Of a DNA stretch of 64,000 nt, positions 1 to 12,179 are shown piece after piece. The notes beneath the pieces were generated by a model. It made no database searches. It was not told the origin of the DNA and saw nothing but the letters and a program-made list of their open reading frames with translations. A program made the translations under genes and the position numbers. The stretch spans positions 12,958,001 to 13,022,000 of the forward strand of contig NC_043018.1 of NCBI RefSeq assembly GCF_006345805.1, in the 5' to 3' direction. The stretch comes from Octopus sinensis (Eukaryota). Every line of letters begins with the position of its first letter. The first letter of the stretch is position 1.

Positions 1-197
1 CCACTGACTACCACTTCTTCCAGAATTTGGATAACTTTTTGATAGGAAACAAATTTAATTCCGACGATGCTGTAAAATAGGCCATCCAAGATTTTATTGA
101 CTCTAGATTGCCAGGCTTTTACAGTTCCGGGTTGGACAAGCTACCACTGAAATGGCAAAAGTGTATTGACAATATGGGTGCATACTTTGGTGAATAA
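1..197 (+). mobile_element. mariner transposase C-terminal remnant (pseudogenised, cut by window start)
   Basis: Translates as TDYHFFQNLDNFLIGK/KFNSDDAVK*AIQDFIDSRLPGFYSSGLDKLPLKWQKCIDNMGAYFGE*. It has the DYHFF catalytic motif and the KWQKCI..GAYF mariner C-terminus, plus a frameshift near 50 and TAG at 78-80. Confidence 0.85.
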
Positions 198-842
198 AAC
201 TATTCCTTGTATTTATAAAACATTATCAAATTTTTTTTTTCTTTTCTACAAATTTCATACTTGACGACCTGATATATTATTATTATAATAAACATATTGT
301 AATTATTCTTTATCTGAAGAGTTTCTAATTGGAAATTCTTTACATGTATACCTAACATGTAAATCTTTGTGATTCCTACTAGCAAATGAAACATGTGTAA
401 TGAAGAGTAAATAATACCAAGCAATTTTCATGTTTTGTTTCACACACACACACACACATGCACACACGCGCACACACACACCACACACACACACACATAT
501 ACACTTCTACAGAAAGGAATAAGGCGAGAAAACAGATGGAGAGAGATAAAAAAAAACAGAGAGAAATATGTATATATATAGTGTTGGGTAAACAGCTAAA
601 CTATTTACTATAGCACAGTATAAGTATTGAAACAAAACACCACAAGGTATCCTGTGTATTATTCTGTAATATGTATCCACATGAGGATTGGTGCAGTGAA
701 CCAGTGATTGGCTGATGAGAAACCTATGATCAGCTGTGATATTGTTCACAAAATGTATGATATAAAAAAGATAATAAATGAATATGTTTATAGTCAATCA
801 AGGCAATCGATATCTCTAATTTGCAATTTCTTCATTAGCTTA

Positions 843-1062
843 TGAAGGGGTGGGGCTGAAAAGTTCCTGGCTTTAAGGATATCGTGAGATCCTGGTTGGA
901 GGCTAACCTTCCAAGTTCTTTTACAGGGCTTAGAAAAACTGAAGGACCACTGCAATAATTGTGTGAATCTGAGAGGGAAATACGTTGAATAAAATCATAA
1001 TTAACTGATACATCCTGTGTTTTCTTTTACCCAAAACCAGGAACTTTTTAGCACCCCCCTCG
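843..1062. mobile_element. mariner-type MITE
   Basis: Imperfect TIRs (TGAAGGGGTGGGGCTGAAAAGTTCCTGGC / CCAGGAACTTTTTAGCACCCCCCTCG) flanked by TA at 841-842 and 1063-1064. Confidence 0.75.
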
Positions 1063-1394
1063 TATGATGTGTCACTGTGGTTTAACAACTTACCTGTCAA
1101 GTTTACATACAGGTGTACGGCTTAGGATGTGACACAAGTGACCCAATTGTTAATGACGTGTTTGTTATATACTTACATAATCAATTAATTGTCATCTTCA
1201 GTGGGTTTATCACAATCGATGCCATCAGAAAATTTGTCACTATAAATTTTGTCATCAGTAGCAGATGATATCATAGGAAATATCACAATGGCTATTGTCA
1301 TAAAAAGTTTTATCTCATCAGGTGTTCTTATAAGTAAGTTTATCACAGTAAATGTCGTCAAAGTGAATTTATTACAAAGTATGATGTTAAAAGG

Positions 1395-1456
1395 AATAGG
1401 TGTGATCATGTGATCGAAATAGGTGTGATCATGTGATCGAAATAGGTGTGATCATG
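1395..1456. repeat. perfect 23-bp tandem repeat, 2.7 copies (AATAGGTGTGATCATGTGATCGA)
   Basis: Units start at 1395, 1418 and 1441. Confidence 0.95.
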
Positions 1457-1818
1457 GGAAGGTTTATCACAAGACTAATGAGATTTGTAGGTATGCAGCA
1501 TTTTGTTATGCAACACAGCATTTCGTTATAGTATATCAAGCATTTTTATAAGTTAATACCACGTTCTGCTCCGTTAGCAGTGCACTTTACATTCCTGGAT
1601 ACGAAATGTTGTAACAAAAATCAGTGCTGGCCATAATTTCTATAGAATATCTGTAGAGATTACCTTAACAAGTTTATCCCCATAGATATTGCCATCGAAG
1701 TAGATTTATCACAATCCAGATGTCACAGAAGGGTTTACTACAGCAGAAATGCAGTCTTTCGAAAGTTTATCCAACATGGAATGTCATATGAAAGTGTGTT
1801 TCAATAAATATCATCATA

Positions 1819-2225
1819 GGCGCAGGAGTGGCTGTGTGGTAAGTAGCTTGCTTACCAACCCCATGGTTCCGGGTTCAGTCCCCCTGCATGGTACCTTGGG
1901 CAAATGTCTTCTACTATAGCCTCAGGTCGACCAAAGCCTTGCGAGTGGATTTGGTAGATAGAAACTGAAAGAAGCCTGTCATATATATGTATATGTATAT
2001 ATACGTGTGTGTGTTTGTGTGTCTGTATTTGTACCCCTAGCATTGCTTGACAACCGATGCTGGTGCGTTTGTGTCCCCATAACTTAGTGGTTTGGCAAAA
2101 GAGACCGATAGGATAAGTACTAGGCTTACAAAGAATAAGTCCTGGGATCAATTTGCTCGACTAAAGGCAGTGCTCCAGCATGGCCACAGTCAAATGACTG
2201 AAAACAAGTAAAAGAATAAAGAGAA
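1819..2225 (+). mobile_element. tRNA-derived SINE, family A (CORE-like), full length
   Basis: A-box-like GGCTGTGTGG, B-box-like GGTTCAGTCCC, CORE-like GGTACCTTGGGCAAATGTCTTCT, internal (TA/TG)n and tail CAGCATGGCCACAGTCAAATGACTGAAAAC. Many copies occur in the window. Confidence 0.85.
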
Positions 2226-2678
2226 TGTCTAGGTTTATCACAATATACGATATCATAGGTTTATTACAATGGACGTTGCCTAGAAGATCTATCACAAAGT
2301 ATGATGTTATATGGTCATAAGAAGAAGGTTTATTACAGACAGCTAATTATGTCATAAGGTGAGGTCATAAATAGGTTTATCACAATATATGGTTCTAAAA
2401 GTATGTGTGTGTGTGTGTGTTTATTATATGTTTTCTTATGATAAAAACAATTTTACATTGATCTGATGGCTGACTCTATCCTTTAGAGGACAAATTTATT
2501 TTTCTTATACAAGAATGTTGTTGACAGTGACTTTGAAGTTTCAGACAGCTAAGACACTGTTGGCATCCTGATAATGGCCTAGCTAGCCAAAACTTTGAGA
2601 CTGCTCTCAACAGCATTCTTGTATACAGATTATAAATACATGCCCGCACGCGCACACGCACTATATATATATTTATAC

Positions 2679-2718
<40 letters not shown>

Positions 2719-2779
2719 GAATAAATTATGTGTGTTGATAGATGAAAATTAGATGGACAGAAAAGTTTGTTAGTTAATT

Positions 2780-3010
2780 TTTTGGCTCAAAAAGCAAAAA
2801 GCAAGGCCATGTAGGGGGACATGGAGTTATGTACAGGGTGGTGTTCATGTAAAGAGTTCAGGCCACTTGTGGTCAAGGGAGACTTTGAACCGAGCGGTCG
2901 TCGGCATCTTCACCATCTCGTCCGGCAGCTTATTCCACGGATCCGCAACCCGGACGGAGAAAGCCCCTCTCCTTCGATTGAGATGAAATCGTTGCAGGTA
3001 GAGCTTTTGT
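2780..3010 (-). mobile_element. CR1-type LINE 3' fragment
   Basis: Minus strand reads QKLYLQRFHLNRRRGAFSVRVADPWNKLPDEMVKMPTTARFKVSLDHKWPELFT*, the CR1/L2-type C-terminal motif (FSxRVxxxWNxLP). Confidence 0.8.
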
Positions 3011-3060
3011 TGTTTGGGTTTGTGTTTTTCCTTATCTGTGTGTTTCTTGCTTTTTTTCAG

Positions 3061-3426
3061 GAGTTAGCCGTACAAGCTTCACCCGAGATCAGTATTAAGG
3101 AATGTTTGATGAGCACGGAGGATTACGAAGAGGTGCAGTTCTCCAGTCTGTCCGGCACCTCGTTTATAATGTTGCAGAGCAAGAAGGAGAACATCGACGA
3201 CAACAGCAACAGCAGCAGCAGCAACACTAACAACAACAACAACAACAGCAACAGCAGTAACAGCAACAACAACAACAACAACAACAGCAACAGCATAAAG
3301 AAGAAGAAATTGAAAGATGAGAAGCGTTGTCGAGTTTGCGGAGATGTTGCCCTTGGTTACAACTTTGATGCAGTCACCTGTGAATCGTGCAAGGCATTCT
3401 TTCGACGAAATGCAAGAGGGAGCAAG
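3061..3426 (+). CDS. HR96: HR96-like exon: N-terminal domain with poly-Asn/Ser and first zinc finger
   Basis: Acceptor tttttttcag at 3051-3060, donor AAG|gttggt at 3427. The frame is open from 3061, so a further upstream exon is likely. Confidence 0.88.
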
Positions 3427-3448
3427 GTTGGTGATTTCTCTTATTTTC

Positions 3449-3485
<37 letters not shown>

Positions 3486-4317
3486 GTTTAACGTCCGCTT
3501 TCCATGCTGGCATGGGTTGGACGATTTGACTGAGGGCTGGCGAACCAGATGGCTGTGCCGGGCTCCAGTCTTGATCTGGCAGAGTTTCTACAGCTGGATG
3601 CCCTTCCTAATGCCAACCACTCTGAGAGTGTAGTGGGTGCTTTTACGTGCCACCGGCACTGGGGGCCAGTCAGGCGGTACTGGCAACGACCTCGCTCGAA
3701 TGTTTTTACACGTGCCACCAGCACAAGTGCCACTAAGGCGACGCTGGTAATGATCACACTCGAATGGTGCCCTTTTACGTACCACCGGCACAAGTGCCAG
3801 TAAGGCAACGCTAGTAACGATCACGCTCGGACGGTGCTCTTAGCACCCTACTAGCACGGGGCACAAGTGCCAGTAAAGTGGTGTGGCTAAAAAGCTTGCA
3901 TTACAACCATGTGGTTTTCAGGTTCAGTCCCACTGCGAAGCACCATGGGTGAGTGTCTACCATAGGCCTGTGCCAAGCAATGCCTTGTGAGTGAATTTGG
4001 TAGACAGAAAACTGTGGAAGCCTGGCTTATGAATGTGTGTGTGTGTGTGTGTGTTGTGTGTGTGTGTGTGTGGCTCTTTCTGTTTGTAGTTGTCTGCTTC
4101 CACTGCTTAAGCATGCATATGTATGTACACACACACACACACACACGACAAAAACACAGTCACGCATGTATGTTCTTCCAGGCAAACACGCATACATTCA
4201 TGTGTTTATACCCAAATGTAGGAATTTACATACTTATGAACACCCACCCATACATGCATCCTAAACATATTCATGGATGCATGCATATATAGTAGGCACT
4301 AATGCACACATTCATAG

Positions 4318-4348
<31 letters not shown>

Positions 4349-7300
4349 CATACTCCACTTTCATACACTCCTACATCTGGTATACATACGCACACACACA
4401 CACCACACACACACACACTTGCTGGCCTTGCTTCTGTCAGCTTCCAAGAGACCAAGGCACCACTAGCTTCCTGTCCACCCATGCACCCCTAAAAAAACCT
4501 ATACATTTTACCTCATCTGCCCTGTCTTCTCCCTTTCTTCCCCCTTCATTTTTTTATGTATTCCCCATCCATATTGTTAAATGCCTTTGTAATGTTCCCC
4601 TCATCCGATGCCCCTTTGTCAAATAAAAGAAATTTATTATTTGTTTTCATTATTGTTATTGTTGTTATATTATAATTAACATTTTTTATTTAAATTACCA
4701 ATATTAGAAAAGAAGCTATTACCGATGTTATTAACGATATTAAAAAGCTTGCTTTGTTTCTGCCGTTTCTCTTCCAGCCGACTCGGTGTTTGTTCCAAGG
4801 TAATTGTGCGATCGATGTAAGAACTCGCAGATTCTGCCCACATTGTCGTCTACAGAAATGTTTCTCTGTTGGTATGAAAAAGGACATGATTTTAGGTGCA
4901 GTATATTATTTAAAGCATGTATATATGTTTTGCCATCTTCCCTCTTCTCTCTCTCTCTCTCCCTCTCTTTTATATCAGTGTTGTATAGTTCTGGGATTTA
5001 AAATAGCTAAACAAAATTACATTAATGAATCTAAATTTAGATTCTTTAGTAGCTAGAATTTAGTCGGTCGTTGACATCTTCCACTTCCATGGTGCAATTT
5101 GTCCATTAGGCTTTTGTGCCTGTTCTTAGTTTTTCTCTTTCACACTGCAGACTGTTGTATTACACCTGACTTAATTGAACCCAACAAAAGTATACTTTGT
5201 GTGTGAGTGTAAGTGTGTGTGTGAGTGTGAGTGTGTCTGCTTGCTCTCACTCATGAGGCTGGGTGGGGGGTTGGCACTGTTTGCTAGCCGGGCTCTTTAG
5301 TTGCTCAGTTTCATTATACTTGACCTAACACATAAAGATACCACAGCAAAGTAAACACCTCCTGTTTTCTCCTAAAGAATGTTGTGGTTGTGGTGGTGGT
5401 GGTGGTAGCGGCGGCAGTGGCAGCGGCGGCGGTTTATCCATCAGATCGGCCCTTGTCAAGTCAAACTATAATTAAAGACATTCTCTGACTGTGACTATTG
5501 GTTCTTTTTCCTTCCTTGTATACAAGGAACCCAGGACTACCATTTCCTCATCCTTCTTGAAGCTGGTTCAGTGCTATTTAAGGGAGATTTAGTTGCTGTT
5601 TCTACCAGGTCTAGTGACCATATAAAGGTTCCTTCAGTTTAGCTGAAAAAGGGTGTTTTATCCATGGACAGGCCTAAAACTGGCACCACACCCTGATCAA
5701 ACACCCTGATCAGCCAACCCAGCAGAGGAACCTCTATGTGATTGCTCAAACTTCTAAAAATAACAGCCATATATGCCTCAAACTACAGTCTACTATTTTA
5801 AAAAAGTAGGGAACATATTGAATGATATAGTCCTAGATGTGCAACGGATTATAGAAGGGTGGTTTAATCACAACTGGAACACATTCATTCTGTTTTGTCA
5901 GGATTGACTTGGAGATAAATAACAACAGGAGCAATTTGGAATTGCTATTACTGCTTGTAGAGTTGAATTATATCAGTATATGGTACCTAATTGCGGCTAG
6001 ATGGACTGGGCTATGTAGAGTTAAGCTTTTTGGCCATGGAGATAATGTCATTGAAATCTTGAAGGTATAAGATATCACATAATTAATTCAAAACAATATA
6101 AACAGATAAACATCACATTTGACTGGATAATCCGAATGTAATGGGTTAATTGGCTTTTTATTGTCGCAAGAGCATATGATACCAATGTTTTCCAGGTACC
6201 ATTTGAGCAGCAGAGATGGTTGTTAGTCTGCTTTCATATTGTTTATTGATTGCACTTGCACTCCACCTTGAATGGCCAGCCACTCTGTTGGGTCTACTCG
6301 CTCTCTCTCCCCCTCACACACACATTCCTCCTCCTCCAGCAGCCTCTCGTAACACCATTCCTTGCTTCTTTCTGCTGGAATTCAAAAGTATTGATTAACA
6401 GAATTAAATTTCAATTATTAGTGATTAATTTCAAAATTTGTCGAAAATTTAATTCTGATTTTTTTCTTTCCAGTTTAATTGATTTAAGAAATTTAATTGA
6501 TTAAACTGGGAAAAGGTTTAAGCATGTTTATTTTCATTCTGTAATTTAATTAAATATGACCCAGAAATATTAATTTTTCTTAGTATCCCTAACTAACTTT
6601 GTAACTGTCTCCTTCAAATACTGTATTTAGCAAATTCCAAATTGTATTCTAATGGCTTCAGCAAAACCCAGCGACACCAGTTTTTATAAAGTGTGTGTGT
6701 GTGCATGCGTGTGTGTGTGTGTGTGTGCATGTGTGTGGAGAGAGAGAGAAAGAAGGTATATGTGTGTGTGAGAGAGACAGGTATCTGTGTGTGTGTTTGT
6801 GAAAGAGGGTATCTGTATATGTGAAAGAGAGTGGGTATTTGTGTACGACAGGGGTATGTGTGTGTGAGAGAGAGAAGGTTTGTGTGTGTCTGTGTGTGAA
6901 AGAGTGAGGGGGTATTTGTGTGTGTGTGTGAGAGAGAGAGAGAAAGCCGTATATGTGAACATATAGTCATAGAAAATACACATGGAAATTTGGAGAAAAA
7001 CCAGAATACTTTAAGAAAATAATTGAAACAAATGTGAAGTATTTCTAAGACTTTTATAGGGTTGCCATACCAACACATCTTATAAATTTGTAAATATTTT
7101 AACTGGTTCATTTCACATTATTAGTATTGCAAAGATTATAGAATCTCTTATACCTAGACTGAAAAAAAAAACTTTTCTTTTCTTGGTAGATGTGTTTATT
7201 CTTTTTCTTTTTCTTTCAGATGAAACAGAGCGGAAAGCTAGAATGGCCAAAGTTTTGGAAAATCGACAGAAACGCCAGTCAACTGGCAAAAGTAGAGAAG

Positions 7301-8163
7301 AAGTGACGTCATCTGATCAGGAAGCTTGTTCTGATTGGTCAGATTTAATGAGCAATACACCAATGAGTAACTTCAGTGACAACTCTCCAACCCCTACTAC
7401 AGCTTCTAATGAACCAGTCCCCATCAAAGTGGATTTGGCTTCTCTACCAAAAGAGAGAGAACTGTACCGTAAACTGACCGAGAATGAAACAGTTTTCATC
7501 AAGGAGTTAACAATGCTGTACGAATCAACCTTAGCATCTCAAGTAGATTCTTATCACAGTGAGAAGAGCAACTATTCAAGCATCAACCAACTGGTGAACA
7601 ATTCGGAAATTGCTGTAAGGCGTTTGATTAAATTTGTCAAGCGTCTCGATGACTTTATGCGTTTGAGTCAAGAGGATCAAATAGCTACACTGAAGGCTTG
7701 TGTTCTCAGTACAATTCTCTTGCGGTCGGTGGCATTCTACTCATATGAAAAAGATGCATGGATCACGACCAAAGGTGAGGTACCGACAAAGATTCTAAAA
7801 GAGGTGACCGGCTACTTCAATCTTCATGACTCTCACACTCGTTATTGTCGCAGCTTAAAGTATGTTGTACAAGACAACCATGAAGTGATGACGCTGCTAC
7901 AGCTAATCATAATCTTCAATCCTGAGGGACCGAACCTCAGCAGTCGGACTTTGATCTCTGATATTCAGGACCATTACATCACGTTATTAAAACATTACCT
8001 GGAGTCAGAGTTTTCTTTCAGCTATGCCAAAGAGATATTACCATTCCTTCTACAGAAACTCGCTGACTTGAAAGATCTCAGTGAAGAACACTCAAAAATT
8101 CTTTTACAAGTTAATCCGACACAGATTGAGCCATTAATGCTTGAGGTGTTAAATCTGAAATGA
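3061..8163 (+). CDS. HR96: nuclear hormone receptor HR96-like (NR1J group); join(3061..3426,4778..4895,7220..8163), first in-frame ATG at 3109
   Basis: The C4 zinc-finger DBD CRVCGDVALGYNFDAVTCESCKAFFRRNA..CLFQGNCAIDVRTRRFCPHCRLQKCFSVGM has the NR1J P-box ESCKA. The LBD signature is RRLIKFVKRLDDFMRLSQEDQIATLK and the AF-2 is PLMLEVL. GT-AG introns have compatible phases (0, then 1). Confidence 0.92.
3455..3875 (-). mobile_element. SINE family C (RTE-type (GAT)n tail, internal ~60-bp repeats) in HR96 intron
   Basis: (CAT)n at the left end, then CGTTTAACGTCCGCTTTCCATGCTGGCATGGG. Copies at about 24100-24505, 43340-43900, 55890-56070 and 61620-61995. Confidence 0.8.
4778..4895 (+). CDS. HR96: HR96-like exon: second zinc finger
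   Basis: ctcttccag|CCG ACT CGG ... ATT TTA G|gtgcag; 39 codons + 1 nt. Confidence 0.92.
7220..8163 (+). CDS. HR96: HR96-like terminal coding exon: hinge plus entire ligand-binding domain
   Basis: ttctttcag|AT GAA ACA; the phase-1 junction gives Asp. The frame is open to TGA at 8161-8163, followed by TAG. Confidence 0.93.
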
Positions 8164-8281
8164 TAGCCACTGGTCAATTTCTTATTTGGCCTTAATTTAC
8201 TTGAAAAGAAACAAAAAATCAATAAGTTTCATAGTATTGATTGCAATTAACTATGAAGTTGGACTGTGATCTGATAACTCA

Positions 8282-8351
<70 letters not shown>

Positions 8352-8497
8352 TACATATATATATATATATGTATGTATATACATATATACACACCACACA
8401 TACACACACACATACTCAAAGATATATATATATACATACACATGCACATATGCATATAAATAAACATACTGACACTCACACATGTATAAGATATATA

Positions 8498-8532
<35 letters not shown>

Positions 8533-8999
8533 GCACATACATATACATGCTCTTATGTACATACAAACATACACAGAAACATATATATTTTTAAAAATGG
8601 AAAGTTTATTAAAGTTTTTTTTGAAATGCTCAAATGTTTTTTTTTGTGTACATATATATATAGATATATATATATATATATATACATATACACACATTTA
8701 TACACATACATACATTCTTATATATAGATATATAAGTTTGAAATTAATATTTTTCTTTAGAATAATAGTCAACTCTCTCAGCAAAATTGAAAAAGTCAAC
8801 AACTTGTATTAAATGAAATCAAATGAGATTTGAAACGAAAATATTGTATGAGAAAGTTAAATCAAATTGTTGCAATATTAGTGTCCTTGATATCTCACCC
8901 ATAGGATATCCTATATTTCATTTGGGTTATTGGAAGGCATGGGGGACAAGTTGAATGTTTTTGTCTTGATTCAGGGAAAGTCTGCTTGGCTAAGGGCGT

Positions 9000-9700
9000 C
9001 CTTAGCTAAGCCCAATGAAAGAGTAACCCCCAATTATGAGTTGATTTTTCTCACTCGTACAGTGGCACACTTCCTTCTGACTTACAGCAATTAACCTTTT
9101 ACACCTCTGCATGAGACTTACTCTGAGTGTCATCATTGTTGAGTACTCCTTCTCAGCTCTGTGTGGAAAGACGTATGTTGTGGATCCGATCAGTATTTCT
9201 AAATGTGATGACACTCATATTCTTATTGTGAAGGACAATGTCTTCTAGACTAAAACAATGTTGTCCCCATTTTGAAGAGGATAAAGAGTTCATTGGGGGT
9301 GGGCATGGCATTAAATGAAATCCAATGCTACATTGACCAGCTCGAATGATTATGAGGATGAGAGTTGCGCCTTGTTTCAATATTTGTTCTAATCCTATAT
9401 GGACTAAAACTTTGAGATTAAGGTGTCTTTGTGCAGAACACACGTAATGCCAGAAGGAGTGAAACCGTGAACATTGACCACGACTGTTTCGAACATAGAA
9501 AATCTCAAACTACATCGGTTATTGCACTCTTCCTGTTTTATGGTGTAGGGTGTGATTTCAAGGGAGAGTTGTCTGTTATTTTGAGAGGGTCAAACAACTG
9601 TATAGGGGCTACATGTCAGCTTAACATTTCGATGGGTAGTTCAGTGCCCCCCGTTGACTTGTCAACTGCAACACTATAGCTTGACTCTGTTAAATTCAGT
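9000..9700 (-). mobile_element. possible highly decayed LINE AP-endonuclease remnant
   Basis: Minus-strand pieces (LEDIVLHNKN..., ...VLNNDDTQSKSH) only loosely recall APE C-terminal motifs, with many stops. Confidence 0.25.
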
Positions 9701-10480
9701 TGACCAATCTTTGAAGAAGAAAGAGAAGTTAAAGAAATGCTGACACTCTGAACATCTAAAATAGACATAAAAATGTCAAAAACACAACAAGAGGGAAATA
9801 AATGAAAACAACTATCAGAATCTGAAATGAAGCATATAAAAAGTAGAAATAATTTAAATGATACTGAAATATAATTTAAATACTATTAGCAATATGCTAA
9901 TGTTTATTACTAAACAAATATTATGAATATTAAGTGAATATTTGTATTATATATGTGGTTATTTTTTGTTTTGTTTTTATTTTCATTTTTATCAACTTAT
10001 AACTTTTTTTTTTTTCTGTCTTGTTTTGGATATGAAATATTCTCTATTTTTGTCTTTCAATTTCAAAAACTGTTTTCTTCTGATATAGTTCACTCTACAA
10101 AAAAAAAGCAATGTCTACCACCTTTTGGCTTCGATAATTTTGTGATAGTTTGAAGCTAGTTGAAATAATGTGTTCTATAATAATTATATAATTAATTATT
10201 CAAGTAATAAAATTGTGTGTGTGTGTGTGTAAGAGAGAGAATGAGTATATGTATAAATTTATATGTGTGTGTATATACATATATAATCTATATGTATAGG
10301 TTGTGCATGTTTCTCTGTGTGAGCACGTGTATGTATGTGTGTGATTACCATCATCATCATAAGCATATACATGTATGCATTCATACATATACACACATAC
10401 ATAATGCACACACACATGTATATTCATACATACACGTAAGCATATATAAAAACATAAATAGGTCTCTCTCTTCCTATATA

Positions 10481-10520
<40 letters not shown>

Positions 10521-10522
<2 letters not shown>

Positions 10523-10634
10523 TGATCACGTGATCGACCAGACCATCAGATGTTGTTACACATCGCTGGTCACAATGCGTTCGCATTGTTTTAGTCTTCG
10601 AATGACGCCACCCCGCTGGCTAAGCGAGCAGGCC
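10521..10634. mobile_element. short structured insert within (TA)n microsatellite
   Basis: 114-bp GC-normal segment bounded by (TA)n on both sides. It contains the palindrome GATCACGTGATC and the hairpin CAATGCG-TT-CGCATTG. Confidence 0.55.
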
Positions 10635-10835
10635 ATATATATATGTATATATATATTATATATATATATATATATATGCACTATATAAATGAGAATATAT
10701 GTGAGTATGCATATGAATGTGTCAGAGATTTGATTTTCGAAATCTGCATCCCAGTGACAGAGTATTCAGTCATCAGGAATCAAAAACTATAATTTGCTAT
10801 GAGAAATAACAACATTTTTCTTACCAAAATCTCCT

Positions 10836-10903
<68 letters not shown>

Positions 10904-10971
10904 GTCTGTCTCCATTAGGCTCTTCTCTTTTATGCCTTTCCCTCTTTCTATATATTTGCCACACTCTTCAT

Positions 10972-11009
<38 letters not shown>

Positions 11010-11350
11010 CATGCTGCTGTCCCCCTCTCTCTTGATGTTACATGTAAGCGCTTGCATTTTGTTTTAAAACTTCTTGACTGTAATGCCTACTTTCACTTCA
11101 TAATAGCCATCATGCAGAAAATGCCAGCTTCCAAATTGTGTTTTCTGTTTGGGTAACATTTATTAAAAATTTTGCTGGATTAAATGAATCTCAAAGTCAA
11201 ATTCAGCATGAAAAGTACTTGAATATAACAAATTTGAAAATCTTTTCTTGAGAGCAATAGAAAAGATCTTTCTCTTTCTCTCTCTCTCTCTCTCACTCTC
11301 TCTCTCTCTCTCTCTCCTCTCTCTCTCCTCTCTGTCTCTCACTCTCTCAC

Positions 11351-11382
<32 letters not shown>

Positions 11383-11390
11383 CCTCAATC
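10836..11390. repeat. clustered (CT)n polypyrimidine tracts
   Basis: (CT)n runs at about 10836-10898, 10975-11005 and 11271-11385. Confidence 0.9.
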
Positions 11391-11986
11391 TGTATCTCGC
11401 TCACATTGAGTGTGTATTTGTATAAGGGATTTCATTAGTTGTGACAGAGTGAAAAGAGCCTTGCAAAGTAGCCGCAGTGAGCTGAGAAAAATCTTTACAT
11501 GGAAAAAACTTAGTTTATTGATACATTATAAATCCCCCCCAAATAATGCAGAAATCTGTCCTGATTAAGAGGCCTCTCCATTGGAGAAGACATGGTCTGG
11601 CATGGAACGAAAAAAAAAAATTGAAATAAATAATAATTCTATTATGAAAATTAACTGGCAACAGGTCATTTTAAACGAGCTAGAGAGATTCGGGTATACA
11701 CTTGTGATTGTTCTATTAAAATTGATTCAGTGATGAAGTCAAATTTTTAGTGGTATTGAAGCTTTTCCCACTAACTCTTCTGGAGCATTTAGTGAGGCGA
11801 GAGCCCCAAACACCTCAGCTGTATGACGAACCTGACAGGGAAATCTTTGTTGACAAGGAAATTCATAGTTAAATAACAAGAGTAGAAATTAATATTATTA
11901 AATAATATCAATTTCAATTAGTGGTCAGCATACTTAAAAAATGTCCAAGGACCGTGAATTCTATTTAAGTATAAACAATACAAGAA

Positions 11987-12179
11987 ATCACTATGTGGAC
12001 CTCTTGTATGCTAAAAATAGATGCCAAACCGTCTTACCACTAAATCTGTGTTCCCTGCTTAATAAGACACTAGATATCTAGCTCATAAACATCTAGCGTC
12101 TTACTAAGTTGAGAACACAGATTTAATGGCAAGATGGTTTGATGTCTATTTTTAGCATAGAAGGGATCCACATAGTGAT
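11987..12179. mobile_element. hairpin MITE-like element (~90-bp arms, ~85% identity, 15-bp spacer)
   Basis: ATCACTATGTGGA...ACTAGAT (11987-12075) is complementary to ATCTAGC...TCCACATAGTGAT (12091-12179). Confidence 0.75.

Larger units (their letters stand above)
1200..2395. repeat. degenerate ~27-33 bp tandem array (core GGTTTATCACAA..GATGTCAT), interrupted by a SINE
   Basis: About 17 recurrences of a TTTATCACA-like core (e.g. near 1205, 1338, 1461, 1704, 2232, 2258, 2327, 2374), continuing on both sides of the SINE at 1819-2225. Confidence 0.7.

Noticed and set aside
1200-1460. CRISPR-like appearance of the 23-bp and ~30-bp repeats
   Set aside because: Eukaryotic context, head-to-tail repeats without unique spacers, and no cas genes.
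2821-3633. 270-aa ORF as a single-exon receptor N-terminus
   Set aside because: The 5' part is an antisense CR1 fragment plus a polypyrimidine tract, and the 3' part reads through the donor at 3427 into a SINE. Only 3061-3426 is exonic.
6399-6510. Two small AT-rich inverted repeats (13 and 10 bp arms) in HR96 intron 2
   Set aside because: Short and very AT-rich, compatible with chance.
10715-10790. CTGATGA...GAAA on the minus strand (hammerhead-like)
   Set aside because: No stem II closing pair and no stem III/NUH in register.
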